The notes under the pieces are model-generated. The model had not been told where the DNA came from. It ran no database searches and saw nothing but the letters and a program-made list of their open reading frames with translations. A stretch of DNA of 64,000 bases from a bacterium (GTDB lineage Bacteria; UBA8248), in assembly GCA_965213685.1 (NCBI GenBank), contig CBDBZY010000064.1, positions 1,408,001 to 1,472,000 of the forward strand, read 5' to 3'. The translations under genes and the position numbers were made by a program. This document shows, one piece after another, positions 62,728 to 64,000 of the stretch (position 1 is the stretch's first letter; each line of letters opens with the position of its first letter).

Positions 62728-64000
62728 AGAGAGTCAGTAGACTCTCTATGTAGGGATGCCCCGCCCATAGTGTGCGTACATTGAAAAACCGTCTTAACTC
62801 GTGAACACTCATGTTTTAAGCCTTTCTAGACACTAGCTATCCTATTCCAACATTTCTCTATCCAATGATACCCCCAAGTAGCTAAAATGTATCCCTAGAC
62901 TTACTGCCAGGAAACGGGGCAAACTGGTGATTTCTTTTTCTTTCTGATTCTTCTTAAGAGATTTTTTTCAAACGACTTTGAAACTGGCAGAAGTAATCAC
63001 CATAGTTCTTTACAGATCAACTTTAATCACTACCGCATATGATCTGCCTTAACAGCATCTTAGCATCTTCTCAAATAAGTGGAAAGTAGAAGCACTGGAC
63101 AACATGCCCATATTTGGAAGCCATTTTCTAATAATTGTCATGTGACACAAATTGCTAGCATGTGAGGGCCGGATGCCTCGCGCTTGTGCATGGGGTGCAT
63201 GCAATTGCACGAAGCCACACCCTAGCAATTTCTCCCAAGTGAAAGCTACTACATGTACCGGCCTGTGTTTCAGTAGTATCTTCCTTCACTGTTGTTGGTA
63301 GACTGTTCGTGTAGGGATGGCGCCAACACACTAATTGTGTGTGTACATACAAAAGCGTTCTTAACTAGCAGATTCTCGTGTTCTCTTCAAGCCCCTCTGA
63401 GCACCAAGAGGCATTATCCCAGCGTCTTTCAGTACGCTCCCAAGAATCAAAATTGCATCACTGAGCATGATTCCAAGTATGATCCCAAGGAAATGAAATC
63501 TTAGCAAATTGTCACGGTGGTGAACAGTACTATAACTTGGAAGCCACTGATTTTGTAAAAATAGTCAGAGAGTCAGTCAGTAGACCCTCCAAGGCTATGT
63601 ATAGGGATGGTGCCGACTGGCCCATAGTGTGTGTACATACAAAAGTCTTCTAAACTCCCCAGCGCTTGCGTTTTAGGCCATTCTAGGCACTTACCTATCC
63701 TTTTTCAGCGTTTTCTACCAAAAGATACTTCCCAAGTAGCTAAAGTCTAACAGTTTTGAGGGGCTCAGCCCCTCTCCCACAAACGTACTATCATACATGT
63801 ACATGCATACTAAAGTTGTTGATGCTTAACTTAGAGGACAACAACCTCCTGTATGGTGCTACGGTACAACAAAAACCCCCAAACAATGTAGAGGGATGTA
63901 GGGATGGCAGTGCCAAAAACCACACAAACTACATGTACATGCAGATATATGGATGGCAGTGTGCAGGCAACACACAGGACTACACAAGTAACCCCATCCC
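62728..64000 (+). repeat. Copy of the 20575/51235-type repeat family
   Basis: Starts TAGAGAGTCAGTAGACTCTCTATGTAGGGATG; collinear with 51235-52760. Confidence 0.78.

Overview
Eukaryotic, intron-containing animal DNA, probably a demosponge (inferred from short introns, pervasive TACATG runs and repeat types). Host genes: a CABIT-like/SAM signalling adaptor (7-2279, +), a multi-exon adhesion GPCR with GAIN/GPS and 7TM (22404-31115, -), a complete 7-exon PP2A catalytic subunit gene (47027-60607, -) and the last exon of a C2-domain-like gene (62511-62668, -). Most of the rest is deeply nested transposon sequence: CR1/L2-type LINEs (one with an intact APE-RT ORF2), a Ginger1-like element with Ulp1+PHD, an IS630/Tc1 element with a convergent cargo ORF, piggyBac/hAT/MULE/Tc1 MITEs, tRNA-derived SINEs and a minisatellite. 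Most striking: (1) a TAG...CTA element family with exact 9-bp target duplications and RecQ helicase fragments (AcademH-like), ranging from 4.8 kb down to 57-63 bp hairpins and a 20-bp micro-insertion; (2) an AUG-less LINE ORF2 joined to ORF1 by a U_UUU_UUA -1 slippery site; (3) a PP2A-C tail reading IPDYFM instead of the near-invariant TPDYFL. All family and domain calls are by eye, with no database searches.
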